Shown: positions 27,673 through 37,047 of the stretch, in pieces
How positions within the stretch are numbered: position 1 is the stretch's first letter
Layout of the letters: the number at the start of each line of letters is the position of its first letter
Assembly (NCBI GenBank): GCA_900545995.1
Contig: URBM01000001.1
Location: 1 to 45,635 of the forward strand
Origin: an uncultured Collinsella sp.
GTDB lineage: Bacteria > Actinomycetota > Coriobacteriia > Coriobacteriales > Coriobacteriaceae
Length of the DNA: 45,635 nucleotides
Direction: 5' to 3'
Made by a program: the position numbers and the translations under genes
Notes under the pieces: generated by a model
The model's input: only the letters and a program-made list of their open reading frames with translations
Database searches by the model: none
Told to the model about the DNA's origin: nothing

Positions 27673-28638
27673 ATGGCTGCAGGCAAAACCTTCTATGACA
27701 TCCTGGGCGTATCCAAGAGCGCCTCCGACAAAGAGATCAAGAGCGCGTTTCGCAAGCTCGCGCAAAAATATCACCCCGATGCCGGCGGCGACGAGGCCAA
27801 GTTTAAGGAGATTAGCGAGGCCTACGAGACGCTTTCGGACGAGAAGAAGCGCAAAGAGTACGATCAGATGCTCATGTTCGGCGGCATGCCGGGCGCGGGC
27901 GGTGCGTATGGCGGCGGCTATGGTGCCGGTGCTGGCGCGAGCGGCTGGGGCGATATTTTCGACAGCATCTTTAGCGGCAACGGCGCCTGGGGCAGCGATT
28001 GGGGCTCTGGCTTTGCCGGGGCTGCGGGCGCTGCCGGTGCCGGCGCGGGCCGCAACCGCGCGCGCAAGGGCGGCGACCTGTCGCTGACCGTCGATGTGAC
28101 GGCCGAGGACGCGTTTCGCGGCGTGACGCACAAGGTCACCTACCGCATTCCCTCGACGGGCGAGCAGCAGACCATTACGGTTTCGGTACCCGCGGGCGCG
28201 GTCGACGGCGGCAAGCTGCGCTACAAGCGCCGCGGCGAGTACGGTGTTGCCGGAGGCGAGCGCGGCGACCTGGTCGTGACCACGCACGTGGAGGAGCATC
28301 CGCTGTTTAAGCGCAAGGGTGCCGATGTGACCATGGAGGTGCCGATCTCGGTCTACGAGGCGGCGCTCGGCTGCACGGTGGACGTGCCCACGCCCGGTGG
28401 CGCGACGGTTCGTCTGAAGGTGCCCGCGGGTACCCAGACGGGCAAGAAGTTCCGCTTTAAGGAGATGGGTGCGCCCGACGTCAAGCATCGCGGCCGCACG
28501 GGCGCGTTGCTTGTCGAGATCAAGGTGCAAGTTCCCACGAACCTGTCCGACGATGAACGCGAGGCCATGACCAAGTTGCGCGAGGCCGACACGCGCGACT
28601 ATCGCGAGAAGGTCAACCGTTACAAGGCGACGTACTAG
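27673..28638 (+). CDS. dnaJ: DnaJ class B co-chaperone (no zinc finger)
   Basis: J domain with HPD, G/F-rich region and C-terminal domain; no CxxCxGxG repeats. Confidence 0.9.
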   Translation: MAAGKTFYDILGVSKSASDKEIKSAFRKLAQKYHPDAGGDEAKFKEISEAYETLSDEKKRKEYDQMLMFGGMPGAGGAYGGGYGAGAGASGWGDIFDSIFSGNGAWGSDWGSGFAGAAGAAGAGAGRNRARKGGDLSLTVDVTAEDAFRGVTHKVTYRIPSTGEQQTITVSVPAGAVDGGKLRYKRRGEYGVAGGERGDLVVTTHVEEHPLFKRKGADVTMEVPISVYEAALGCTVDVPTPGGATVRLKVPAGTQTGKKFRFKEMGAPDVKHRGRTGALLVEIKVQVPTNLSDDEREAMTKLREADTRDYREKVNRYKATY

Positions 28639-28710
28639 GGCGGTCGTGGCGCACGCCCGCGCCCGCGGGCTTATGATGGACGATAACGAGACGGAAAGGG
28701 GTCAGGTAGC

Positions 28711-29127
28711 ATGGCCGAGGACAATAGGAACAAACCGCTGTACATGATCAGCGTGGCGGCCGAGCTGACCGGCATGCATCCGCAGACTCTGCGCGTCTAC
28801 GAGTCCAAGGGACTGGTGAACCCCCAGCGCTCGGGCGGTAACACGCGCCTGTATTCGCGTGCCGATATCGAGCGCCTGGAGCTCATCAATCAGCTGACCG
28901 ACGAGGGCATCAACCTTGCCGGCGTGGTGCGCATCCTCGATATGAAGGAGCGTGCCGAGGAGCGTGAGCGCGAAAACGAAAAGCTCCGTGCTCGCGTGCG
29001 CCAGCTCGAGGACGAGCTGCACGAGTACAAGATGCAGAAGAAGATCACCGCCTTGGCCCCGCGCGATGGCTCGGTCAACCCCGAGCAAGTCATGCGCAAG
29101 CTGCTAGGCGCGGGAGGAGATTTGTAG
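28711..29127 (+). CDS. hspR: MerR-family heat-shock repressor HspR
   Basis: YMISVAAELTGMHPQTLRVYE and GINLAGV; last gene of the dnaK operon. Confidence 0.94.
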   Translation: MAEDNRNKPLYMISVAAELTGMHPQTLRVYESKGLVNPQRSGGNTRLYSRADIERLELINQLTDEGINLAGVVRILDMKERAEERERENEKLRARVRQLEDELHEYKMQKKITALAPRDGSVNPEQVMRKLLGAGGDL

Positions 29128-29319
29128 TTACGCGGGTTTACCAACCCGCGTAACGGGCCGACGCTGCGCGCCGCCCAGAGCGACAATTTGTCATTCAAAA
29201 GGCAAGGCATGACCAGAAGGTCTATGCCTTGCCTTTTTCATGCCAACTTGTTCGCTCTGGACGTCGCTCGCTGTCCGTCCTCTACCTGCGGCGTTGCCTT
29301 GCTCCGGATGCGGCAGTCA
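29125..29319. repeat. Family S copy C, followed by a GGGGACGTT/GACTAGTC remnant
   Basis: Collinear with copy A; begins at the hspR TAG. Confidence 0.85.
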
Positions 29320-29515
29320 TGGGGGACGTTTTTAAATGACTAGTCGAAAGGGACGCTCTTGCACCAAATCTGCCGGCCCACACCGGGCTCGTCCTTTACT
29401 TTACCGAGATAAAGTGAACGTGCAGATTCGTAACCCACTCGCAACCGTTCTATGGCACGATATTGAACGAATGTATGCTATGCGCCCAAATCTTTTGGGC
29501 AGAGTGGGAGACAGT

Positions 29516-31816
29516 ATGGTCAAGCTGTACGAGGACGGCATCTACCTGCGCGGCGGCAGCGAGGTTGTGCCTGCGGCCGAGGCTGCCGAGCGCGGCATTA
29601 CGCAGACGCCCGAGGATGCCAAGCGCGGCACCATCGCGTATTCGATCCTCCAAGCACACAACACGTTCGGAGATCCCGAGGCGCTCAAGATTCGCTTCGA
29701 CGCCATGGCGAGCCACGACATCACCTTTGTCGGCATCATCCAGACGGCGCGCGCCTCGGGCATGGAGCAGTTCCCTCTGCCCTACGTGCTCACCAACTGC
29801 CATAACTCGCTGTGCGCCGTGGGCGGCACCATCAACGAGGACGACCACGTCTTTGGCCTTTCCGCGGCCAAGAAGTACGGCGGCATCTTCGTCCCGCCGC
29901 ACATCGCCGTCATCCACTCCTTTATGCGTGAGAACTTCGCCGGTTGCGGCAAGATGATCCTGGGTTCCGACTCGCACACCCGCTACGGCGCCCTGGGCAC
30001 CATGGCCGTGGGCGAGGGCGGCGGCGAGTTGGCCAAACAGCTGCTGCGCGACACCTACGACGTCGCCTATCCCGGCGTCGTTGCCATCTACCTCACGGGT
30101 GCCCCGCGCCCCGGCGTCGGCCCGCACGACGTGGCGCTCGCCATCATCCGAGCCGTCTTTGCCAAGGGCTATGTTAAGAACAAGGTCATGGAGTTTGTGG
30201 GCCCGGGCATCGCGAGCATGACGACCGATTACCGCAACGGCGTTGACGTCATGACCACCGAGACCACCTGCCTGTCGAGCATCTGGGCCACCGACGAGGA
30301 CACGCACGCGTTTCTGACCATGCACGGCCGCGGCGACGACTACCGCGAGCTCAAGCCCGTCGATGTCGCTTACTACGACGGCTGCGTCGAGGTCGACCTG
30401 TCGAGCATCAAGCCCATGATCGCGCTGCCGTTCCATCCTTCCAACGGCTTCGAGATCGACGAGCTCAACGAGAACCTCGAGGACATCCTGCACGAGGTGG
30501 AGCTCGAGGCCGCCAAGATCGGCGAGGGCAAGACGCACTTTAGCCTGCTCGACAAGATCGTCGACGGCAAGCTGCACGTGCAGCAGGGCGTTATCGCCGG
30601 CTGCTCGGGCGGCAACTACGGCTCCGTGGTCCAGGCCGCCCGCGTGCTCAAGGGCGCCAACACCGGCTGCGGCGAGTTCTCGCTGTCGGTCTATCCCACG
30701 AGCCAGCCCGTGGCACTCGAGCTCACGCGCCGCGGCTACATCTACGACCTCATGGAGGCCGGCGCGATCGTTCGCACGGCGTTCTGCGGCCCGTGCTTCG
30801 GCGCCGGCGACACGCCCGCCAACAACGGCCTTTCGATCCGCCACACTACGCGCAACTTCCCCAACCGCGAGGGTTCCAAGCCGGGTAATGGCCAGCTGAG
30901 CGCCGTGGCCCTGATGGACGCCCGCTCCATCGCGGCGACGGCTGCCAACGGCGGCGTCCTGACACCGGCGACCGATTTGCCCGAGGAGACGTGGGACGAG
31001 GCCTGCGAGTACACCTTTGACGACGCGCCGTACAAAAAGCGCGTGTACTGGGGCTTTGGCAAGGCCGAGCCTGCCGACGAGCTGGTCGAAGGCCCCAACA
31101 TCAAGCCGTGGCCCGCGATGGAGCCTCTCGGCGACGACATTCTGCTCAAGGTGTGCTCCAAGATCATGGACCCGGTCACCACGACCGACGAGCTTATTCC
31201 CTCGGGCGAGACGAGCTCCTTCCGCTCCAACCCGCTGGGCTTGGCTGAGTTTACGCTCAGCCGCCGCGACCCGGCCTACGTGGGCCGTTCCAAGGAGGTC
31301 GACGCCGTGGAGAAGCGCCGCGTGGCCGGCGAGTCCGCGGGTGACCTGGTCGCGCTTGATGCCGAGCTTGCCGGTGTGTTTGAGGCGCTGGCTGGTGCGG
31401 GCGTCGCGGCAGATGCCAAGGCGACCGAGTACGGCTCCATGCTCTACGCCAAGAAGCCCGGCGACGGTTCCGCCCGCGAGCAGGCCGCGAGCTGCCAGCG
31501 CGTGATTGGCGGCCTGGCCAACATCGTCCACGAGTACGCCACCAAGCGCTATCGCTCCAACGTGATGAACTGGGGCATGGTGCCCTTCCAGATGGAGGCC
31601 GAGCCCAACTTTGAGGTGGGCGACTACGTCTTTGTGCCGGGTATACGCGCCGCGCTCGATGGCGACCTAAAGGACATCGCTGCCTACGTGGTGCGCACCG
31701 ACGGCACGGTCGAGCAGATTGAGCTCTACATTGCCGATATGACGGCAGAGGAGCGTGCCATCGTCAAGGCCGGCTGCCTGATCAACTACAACAAGTTCAA
31801 GGCCGCTGCCGAGTAA
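29516..31816 (+). CDS. ybhJ: Aconitase-family hydratase, YbhJ-like
   Basis: [52 protein letters not shown] and GDGSAREQA. Confidence 0.85.
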   Translation: MVKLYEDGIYLRGGSEVVPAAEAAERGITQTPEDAKRGTIAYSILQAHNTFGDPEALKIRFDAMASHDITFVGIIQTARASGMEQFPLPYVLTNCHNSLCAVGGTINEDDHVFGLSAAKKYGGIFVPPHIAVIHSFMRENFAGCGKMILGSDSHTRYGALGTMAVGEGGGELAKQLLRDTYDVAYPGVVAIYLTGAPRPGVGPHDVALAIIRAVFAKGYVKNKVMEFVGPGIASMTTDYRNGVDVMTTETTCLSSIWATDEDTHAFLTMHGRGDDYRELKPVDVAYYDGCVEVDLSSIKPMIALPFHPSNGFEIDELNENLEDILHEVELEAAKIGEGKTHFSLLDKIVDGKLHVQQGVIAGCSGGNYGSVVQAARVLKGANTGCGEFSLSVYPTSQPVALELTRRGYIYDLMEAGAIVRTAFCGPCFGAGDTPANNGLSIRHTTRNFPNREGSKPGNGQLSAVALMDARSIAATAANGGVLTPATDLPEETWDEACEYTFDDAPYKKRVYWGFGKAEPADELVEGPNIKPWPAMEPLGDDILLKVCSKIMDPVTTTDELIPSGETSSFRSNPLGLAEFTLSRRDPAYVGRSKEVDAVEKRRVAGESAGDLVALDAELAGVFEALAGAGVAADAKATEYGSMLYAKKPGDGSAREQAASCQRVIGGLANIVHEYATKRYRSNVMNWGMVPFQMEAEPNFEVGDYVFVPGIRAALDGDLKDIAAYVVRTDGTVEQIELYIADMTAEERAIVKAGCLINYNKFKAAAE

Positions 31817-31831
31817 CGCACTTAATTGTCC

Positions 31832-31905
31832 GCCCGGGGCTTACCCTTTCCCGCCCGCTCACGCGCTTCGCGAGGGTCGCGTTCGGGAAAGGGTAAGCCC
31901 CGGGC
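31832..31905. repeat. Long hairpin with 22-bp perfect arms after the hydratase gene
   Basis: GCCCGGGGCTTACCCTTTCCCG (31832-31853) pairs with 31884-31905. Confidence 0.75.
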
Positions 31906-31912
31906 TACATTT

Positions 31913-32217
31913 CTGCGTTCTCGTTGGGTCTTGAGGGACGCTAAAAATAGACTTGCTTGATGCCGCCTCTGTTATCGGGGTGGCTTCTTTTTGTCGAAAA
32001 CCGCCACAAAGGGGACAGACGCCTTTGTGGCGGCTCGATTCGTCTTAATCTGTAACATCTTGGCCGCTAAAAGTGGGCCTGGTGTTACAGATTGAGACAA
32101 ACAATCGCCGCCGATCATCTCATCTCAATCTGTAACATCTAGGATCGAAAAGGGCCGCTAGATGTTACAGATCGAGACAGTGGAACATCGGAGCCGAAAC
32201 CACCACAAAGGTGCCTG
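31913..32217. repeat. Composite repeat block L: shared leader, P1 hairpin, two 57-bp palindromes (family P3), half P1
   Basis: Diverged direct repeat of 33241-33586; P3 units at 32042 and 32122. Confidence 0.8.
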
Positions 32218-32229
32218 CCCGGCGGGACC

Positions 32230-32877
32230 TTATTTCGATGGGGTCCAGGTTATTTCATCGTCAAATAGCCAAGTGCGTGCCGAGCCACTGTTGCGCGCTG
32301 TCTGCGGATCGGGCTCGCAGGTTTGTTCGTAGGCATCCTCGGTACACCGATCCATAAAATCGACGACTGCCGTCTGGTCGCCCTCCATGACGTAGATTAC
32401 GTCGCCATCCGAGATATAGACCCCCGGTCCTTCATTGTCCACGCAGCCGGGGTCGTATGAGACGTTGCACAATTTGCTCCCGTTTGCCGCATCGAGCTCA
32501 AGGGTCGAATAATATCCGCCAACCATTTGGCCATTCTTGGCTCGATATATTGCGGCGCCGTACCACCGCTTAAACGTCTTGCCTTTGAGTAAACTGGTTG
32601 CCTTGCCGATAAGCTGCTCATCTTTGGTGTAGCGTCTGGCCCCAAGTTCGATGCGGGGATAGTTGCTGACACCAAGCGCTGCGGGCGTACCGTCAAAATC
32701 GACGGTGACCGAATCGGGTTTGACGATATCGGTGAGGACCTCGATGGGATAGCTTACGGTCTCAACCGCCGCCTGCGTCGCAGAGGCGGGGAGAAATGCG
32801 AGATAGATAATTCCTACGCCGACTGCGGTAATCGCAAACGCTAAGACGAGCAGGCCGATATAGGTGGAGCGTTTCAC
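32230..32877 (-). CDS. Hypothetical secreted or membrane-anchored protein (lower GC, accessory)
   Basis: GTG start after GAGGT; single N-terminal hydrophobic helix; atypical codon usage. Confidence 0.7.
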   Translation of the reverse strand: MKRSTYIGLLVLAFAITAVGVGIIYLAFLPASATQAAVETVSYPIEVLTDIVKPDSVTVDFDGTPAALGVSNYPRIELGARRYTKDEQLIGKATSLLKGKTFKRWYGAAIYRAKNGQMVGGYYSTLELDAANGSKLCNVSYDPGCVDNEGPGVYISDGDVIYVMEGDQTAVVDFMDRCTEDAYEQTCEPDPQTARNSGSARTWLFDDEITWTPSK

Positions 32878-33240
32878 GGCGGGTACCTCGCAAATAGTAT
32901 GCATTCATTAAGATAAGTGATACCAGCTTACGACAATCTTCAAAAGAAAGCGATCGATCGAAATGACGGGGTGAAAAGGCCCTATTGGGCTTCGATTTGA
33001 CCTCTAATAGAAATATTTGCCCCACTCATTCTGGGCGTGAGGTCAATAATTGAGTCCACGAGTTTTGAGCGATACTCTTCTCACTAAACTCACTATTTTC
33101 ACTATAAGCACTATAAATATGATAGGGGGACGACGAGAACAATGTGACGTGCGATAGCTAAGCCGTTTAAGCCGGACTCTGACCTTGAATCTCTGCCTCT
33201 ATCTGCGCGAACGGGCTATTGTCGGTTCTCGATTCCATCG

Positions 33241-33586
33241 CTGCGTTCTCGTTGGGTCTTGGGGTCGCCAAACGTAGACTGGGCTTGATGCCGCCTCTTT
33301 TAATCGGGGCTGATTCTTCTCTGGACCACCACAAAGGGGACGGGCACCTTTGTGGTGGTTCTTGGTTTGTCTCGACTTGTAACATCTTGGTCGCTAAAAG
33401 TGGGCCTGGTGTTACAGATTTAGATTCTCGATTCGGGTGTCTTCTGTTCGTCTCGATTTGTAACAGATAGGGCTCTATTTGCCGAGTAGATGTTACAGAT
33501 TGAGACAAACGGGCGCCGTTGGTCATTTCATCTTGATTTGTAACATCTGGAGCCATAAACAGTCGCTAGATGTTACAGATTGAGAC
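33241..33586. repeat. Composite repeat block R: shared leader, P1 hairpin, three 57-bp P3 palindromes
   Basis: P3 units (RTCTYRAYYTGTAACA..TGTTACAGATTGAGAC) at 33369, 33450 and 33530. Confidence 0.8.
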
Positions 33587-33647
33587 GGTAGCGCGCCTGT
33601 GCGGCGGCGGGCCGACATCTCTATCCCCTATCTCTTAATCACTCATA

Positions 33648-33674
33648 AAATCTTATATATAGAGACTTAGATTT
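33648..33674. promoter_or_regulatory. Putative HspR operator (HAIR variant) upstream of clpB
   Basis: AAATCTTATA-TATAGAG-ACTTAGATTT, with the same arms as 24691-24717. Confidence 0.7.
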
Positions 33675-33763
33675 ATGTATAAGATCGCGCAAAGCTGGCA
33701 ACAATACTTCTCGAACAACGTGAAGCCGCCCCGTAGGGCGGCCGCCCCAAGAGAGGTGATTCC

Positions 33764-36391
33764 ATGAGAATCGATAAGCTAGCAATGACGTCGCGCGAGG
33801 CGTTGCAGACCGCCATGAGCACGGCTGCCGACGCACAGGCCGGCGCGGTGGAGCCGATTCACCTGCTGTCTGCCCTGCTCGGTGCCGGCGAGCGCAATAT
33901 CTCCGTGATCATCGAGCGCATCGGTGCCGACCCGGCTCAGCTCGCACGCTCCACACAGGATGCCATCGACCACGCGCCCAAGGTTTCGGGCGAGGGCCAG
34001 CAGATGGGCCTGTCCAACGAGCTCGTCCGCGTCATCGAAAAGGCCGAGAAGAAGGCCACCAAGATGGGCGACAGCTTTGTGGTGACTGAGCATCTGCTGA
34101 TGGCGCTTGCCGAGGACAAGGGCGAGGCGGGCCGCGTACTGCGCGACGCCGGCGTCACCAAGGAGCGCATCGAGCAAGTTTACGAGGAGCTGCGTGGCGA
34201 TGACCGCGTGACGTCTGCCGAGGACAAGACTCAGTTTGAGGCACTGGAGCAGTACGGTCGCAACATCTGCGATCTGGCCCGCGCCGGCAAGCTCGACCCG
34301 GTCATCGGCCGTACCGATGAGATTCGCCGCACCATCCAGGTCCTGTCCCGCCGCACCAAGAACAACCCCGTGCTCATCGGTGAGCCGGGCGTCGGCAAGA
34401 CGGCCATCGTCGAGGGTATCGCCCAGCGTATCGTGGCCGGCGACGTGCCGAGCACCCTGCGCGACCGCGACCTCATCGAGCTCGACATGAGCGCGCTGGT
34501 CGCCGGCGCCAAATACCGCGGCGAGTTCGAGGACCGCTTGAAGGCCGTGCTCAAGGAAGTGCAAAAGTCCGAGGGCAAGGTCATCCTGTTCATCGATGAG
34601 CTCCACACCATCGTGGGCGCGGGTGCCACCGAGGGCTCCATGGACGCCGGCAACATTCTCAAGCCGGCGCTTGCCCGTGGCGACTTGCACGCGATCGGCG
34701 CGACCACGCTCGACGAATACCGCAAGTACATCGAAAAGGATGCGGCGCTCGCGCGTCGTTTCCAGACCGTGATGGTGAGCGAGCCTACCGTCGAGGACAC
34801 CATCTCGATCCTGCGTGGCCTCAAGGAGAAATACGAGATCTTCCACGGTGTGCATATCACCGATAGCGCGCTCGTGGCAGCTGCCGACCTCTCCGATCGC
34901 TACATCGCCGACCGCTTCCTGCCCGACAAGGCCATCGATTTGGTCGATGAGGCGGCAAGCCGCCTGCGCATGGAACTCGACAGCATGCCGGTCGAGATCG
35001 ACGCCACCACGCGTCAGCTCACTCAGCTGCAGATCGAGGAACAGGCGCTCATGAAAGAGACCGATGACGCCTCCAAGGAGCGTCTGGAGGCCCTGCGCCA
35101 GGAGATTGCCGAGGTCCAGGAAAAACTCAACGTGCAAAAGGCCGGCTGGCTCAACCAGAAGAACGCCATTGACCACGTGCAGGAGCTTAAGAGCCAGCTT
35201 GACGAGGCCAAGAGCGAAGAGGAGCGCGCGACGCGTAACGGCGACCTGGGCCGTGCGTCCGAGCTGCGCTATTCCGTGATCCCGGGTCTGCAGCAACAGA
35301 TTCAGGATTCCGAGGCTGCGCTCGAGGCACAAAAGCAGCAGGACGGCGAGGGCCTCAACGAACAGGTGACCTCCGATGAGATCGCCGAGGTCGTGAGTGC
35401 CTGGACCGGCGTGCCCGTGTCCAAGATGATGCAGGGCGAGCTCGACAAGTTGAAGGGCTTGGAGGGTGAGCTGCATAAGCGCGTCATCGGCCAGGACGAG
35501 GCCGTCTCCGCCGTCGCCGCAGCTGTGCGCCGCAGCCGTGCGGGCCTCTCCGATCCGGACAAGCCCATTGGCAGCTTCTTCTTCCTGGGCCCCACCGGCG
35601 TGGGTAAGACCGAGCTCGCCAAGGCTCTAGCCGAGTGCCTGTTCGATGACGAGCGCGCACTCGTGCGTATCGACATGTCCGAGTACATGGAGAAGTTCAG
35701 CGTCCAGCGTCTGATCGGTGCGCCCCCGGGATACGTGGGATACGACGAGGGCGGCCAGCTCACCGAGGCCGTGCGCCGTCGTCCGTATTCCGTGATCTTG
35801 CTCGACGAGATGGAGAAGGCTCACCCGGATGTCTTCAACGTGCTGCTGCAGGTGCTTGACGACGGCCGTCTGACCGACGGTCAGGGTCGCCAGGTATCCT
35901 TCAAGAACACGATCATCATCATGACGTCTAACGTGGGCTCCAAGGCTATCGCTGAGCTTTCCGGCAAGGACGAGGAGGAGATGCGCCATCAGGTCGACGC
36001 GGCCATGGCTCAGACCTTCCGCCCCGAGTTCCTCAACCGTATCGATGATATCGTGGTGTTCCATCCGCTTGGCATGGCGCAGATCGAGAAGATCGTCGAC
36101 ATTCAGCTCGCCGACGTCCGCGCACGTCTGGCCAAGGAACGCATGACGCTTGCCATCACCCCGGCGGCCAAGCAGCTGCTCGCCGTGGGCGGCTTGGACC
36201 CGGTCTTTGGTGCCCGTCCGCTCAAGCGTCTGGTGCAGCGTGAGGTTGTCGATGCCATCGCAGCGGCCATCATCGACGGCACGGTGCGCGAGGGCGATCA
36301 GGTGACGGTCGATGTCGACAAGGACGGCGGCTTTACCGTCGTGTGCGATAACACGCCGGCGGCCACCTACGAGGTTCCCGACGCCGAGTAA
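33764..36391 (+). CDS. clpB: Disaggregase ClpB
   Basis: Two AAA+ modules (GEPGVGKT and GPTGVGKT), long coiled-coil M domain, [10 protein letters not shown]. Confidence 0.97.
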   Translation: MRIDKLAMTSREALQTAMSTAADAQAGAVEPIHLLSALLGAGERNISVIIERIGADPAQLARSTQDAIDHAPKVSGEGQQMGLSNELVRVIEKAEKKATKMGDSFVVTEHLLMALAEDKGEAGRVLRDAGVTKERIEQVYEELRGDDRVTSAEDKTQFEALEQYGRNICDLARAGKLDPVIGRTDEIRRTIQVLSRRTKNNPVLIGEPGVGKTAIVEGIAQRIVAGDVPSTLRDRDLIELDMSALVAGAKYRGEFEDRLKAVLKEVQKSEGKVILFIDELHTIVGAGATEGSMDAGNILKPALARGDLHAIGATTLDEYRKYIEKDAALARRFQTVMVSEPTVEDTISILRGLKEKYEIFHGVHITDSALVAAADLSDRYIADRFLPDKAIDLVDEAASRLRMELDSMPVEIDATTRQLTQLQIEEQALMKETDDASKERLEALRQEIAEVQEKLNVQKAGWLNQKNAIDHVQELKSQLDEAKSEEERATRNGDLGRASELRYSVIPGLQQQIQDSEAALEAQKQQDGEGLNEQVTSDEIAEVVSAWTGVPVSKMMQGELDKLKGLEGELHKRVIGQDEAVSAVAAAVRRSRAGLSDPDKPIGSFFFLGPTGVGKTELAKALAECLFDDERALVRIDMSEYMEKFSVQRLIGAPPGYVGYDEGGQLTEAVRRRPYSVILLDEMEKAHPDVFNVLLQVLDDGRLTDGQGRQVSFKNTIIIMTSNVGSKAIAELSGKDEEEMRHQVDAAMAQTFRPEFLNRIDDIVVFHPLGMAQIEKIVDIQLADVRARLAKERMTLAITPAAKQLLAVGGLDPVFGARPLKRLVQREVVDAIAAAIIDGTVREGDQVTVDVDKDGGFTVVCDNTPAATYEVPDAE

Positions 36392-36432
36392 ATTATGGGG
36401 CCGGCTTTAACCGCACCTCATCGCAAAACGCC

Positions 36433-36469
36433 AAGGGCGGCGGATCCAATCGGGTCCGCCGCCCTTTTT
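36433..36469 (+). terminator. Intrinsic terminator after clpB
   Basis: AAGGGCGGCGGATCC-AATC-GGGTCCGCCGCCC followed by T5. Confidence 0.8.
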
Positions 36470-36515
36470 CGTGCGACAATCGATGATGTTGAGCATGAGT
36501 ACATGGCAAGGAGAT

Positions 36516-36725
36516 ATGCAGATGAAAGACGAGAACAAGACGCACGCACCGGTTGCTGAGGCAGCGCCCGCCGCGCCGGTCGCACCGAAGGCTTCTCCCA
36601 AACCGGCGCCCAAGCCGCGCGACCCCTACATCCGTGCCGAGAACGAGGACGATGACGGCTACGATCCCTACAGCGATCGCCGCCCCGAGCGCGAGCCAAT
36701 GTTCGAAGCCGACCCCTGGCGCTGA
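36516..36725 (+). CDS. Small Pro/Ala-rich protein with an acidic C-terminus, function unknown
   Basis: AAGGAG RBS; 69 aa; host-like codon usage. Confidence 0.65.
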   Translation: MQMKDENKTHAPVAEAAPAAPVAPKASPKPAPKPRDPYIRAENEDDDGYDPYSDRRPEREPMFEADPWR

Positions 36726-36749
36726 GTGCCACCAAAAAGGCCACCAAAA

Positions 36750-36816
36750 AGTTGCGGTGAAATAGGGACTGTTTTGCGGTTTGACCAGCAAAAACAATCC
36801 CTATTTCACCGCAACT
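36750..36816. repeat. Palindrome family P4 (AGTTGCGGTGAAATAGGGA arms)
   Basis: 19-bp perfect arms at 36750-36768 and 36798-36816; one arm recurs at 45549-45564. Confidence 0.7.
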
Positions 36817-36950
36817 GCGTTAGGGATTTTTCTACAGGGGGACGGTAGTCAAAAAAGCCCCGTCCCAAATTGACTGCTCGGGGAGTCGCATTCGAGCTCG
36901 GTTGTCCTCTTAGCCACTCGATATCCTTCGGAGCAATAACGGTGATAAAA

Positions 36951-37036
36951 CTTGCTTAAGTGTTAATCAAGCTACACACAATCTTGCTCTCTAATTAATC
37001 AAGAATCGCTATAATTTTGATTAGCTAGAGAGCAAG
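36951..37036. promoter_or_regulatory. Three 21-bp CTTGCTy-N7-AATCAAr boxes around a TATAAT, upstream of the AAA+ ATPase
   Basis: Boxes at 36951-36971, 36983-37003 and (inverted) 37016-37036; TATAAT at 37010-37015. Confidence 0.55.
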
Positions 37037-37047
37037 ATTGGAGAATC

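Noticed and set aside
33167..33556. ORFs 33167-33556 (-) and 33219-33470 (+)
   Set aside because: They are translations of repeat block R, with no RBS or protein-like composition.
32042..33586. CRISPR array or integron attC interpretation of the P3 palindromes
   Set aside because: Only 2-3 degenerate units with alternating arm orientation, loops reused between blocks, and no cas or integrase gene. The TAAC/GTTA bases are internal rather than at attC-like ends.
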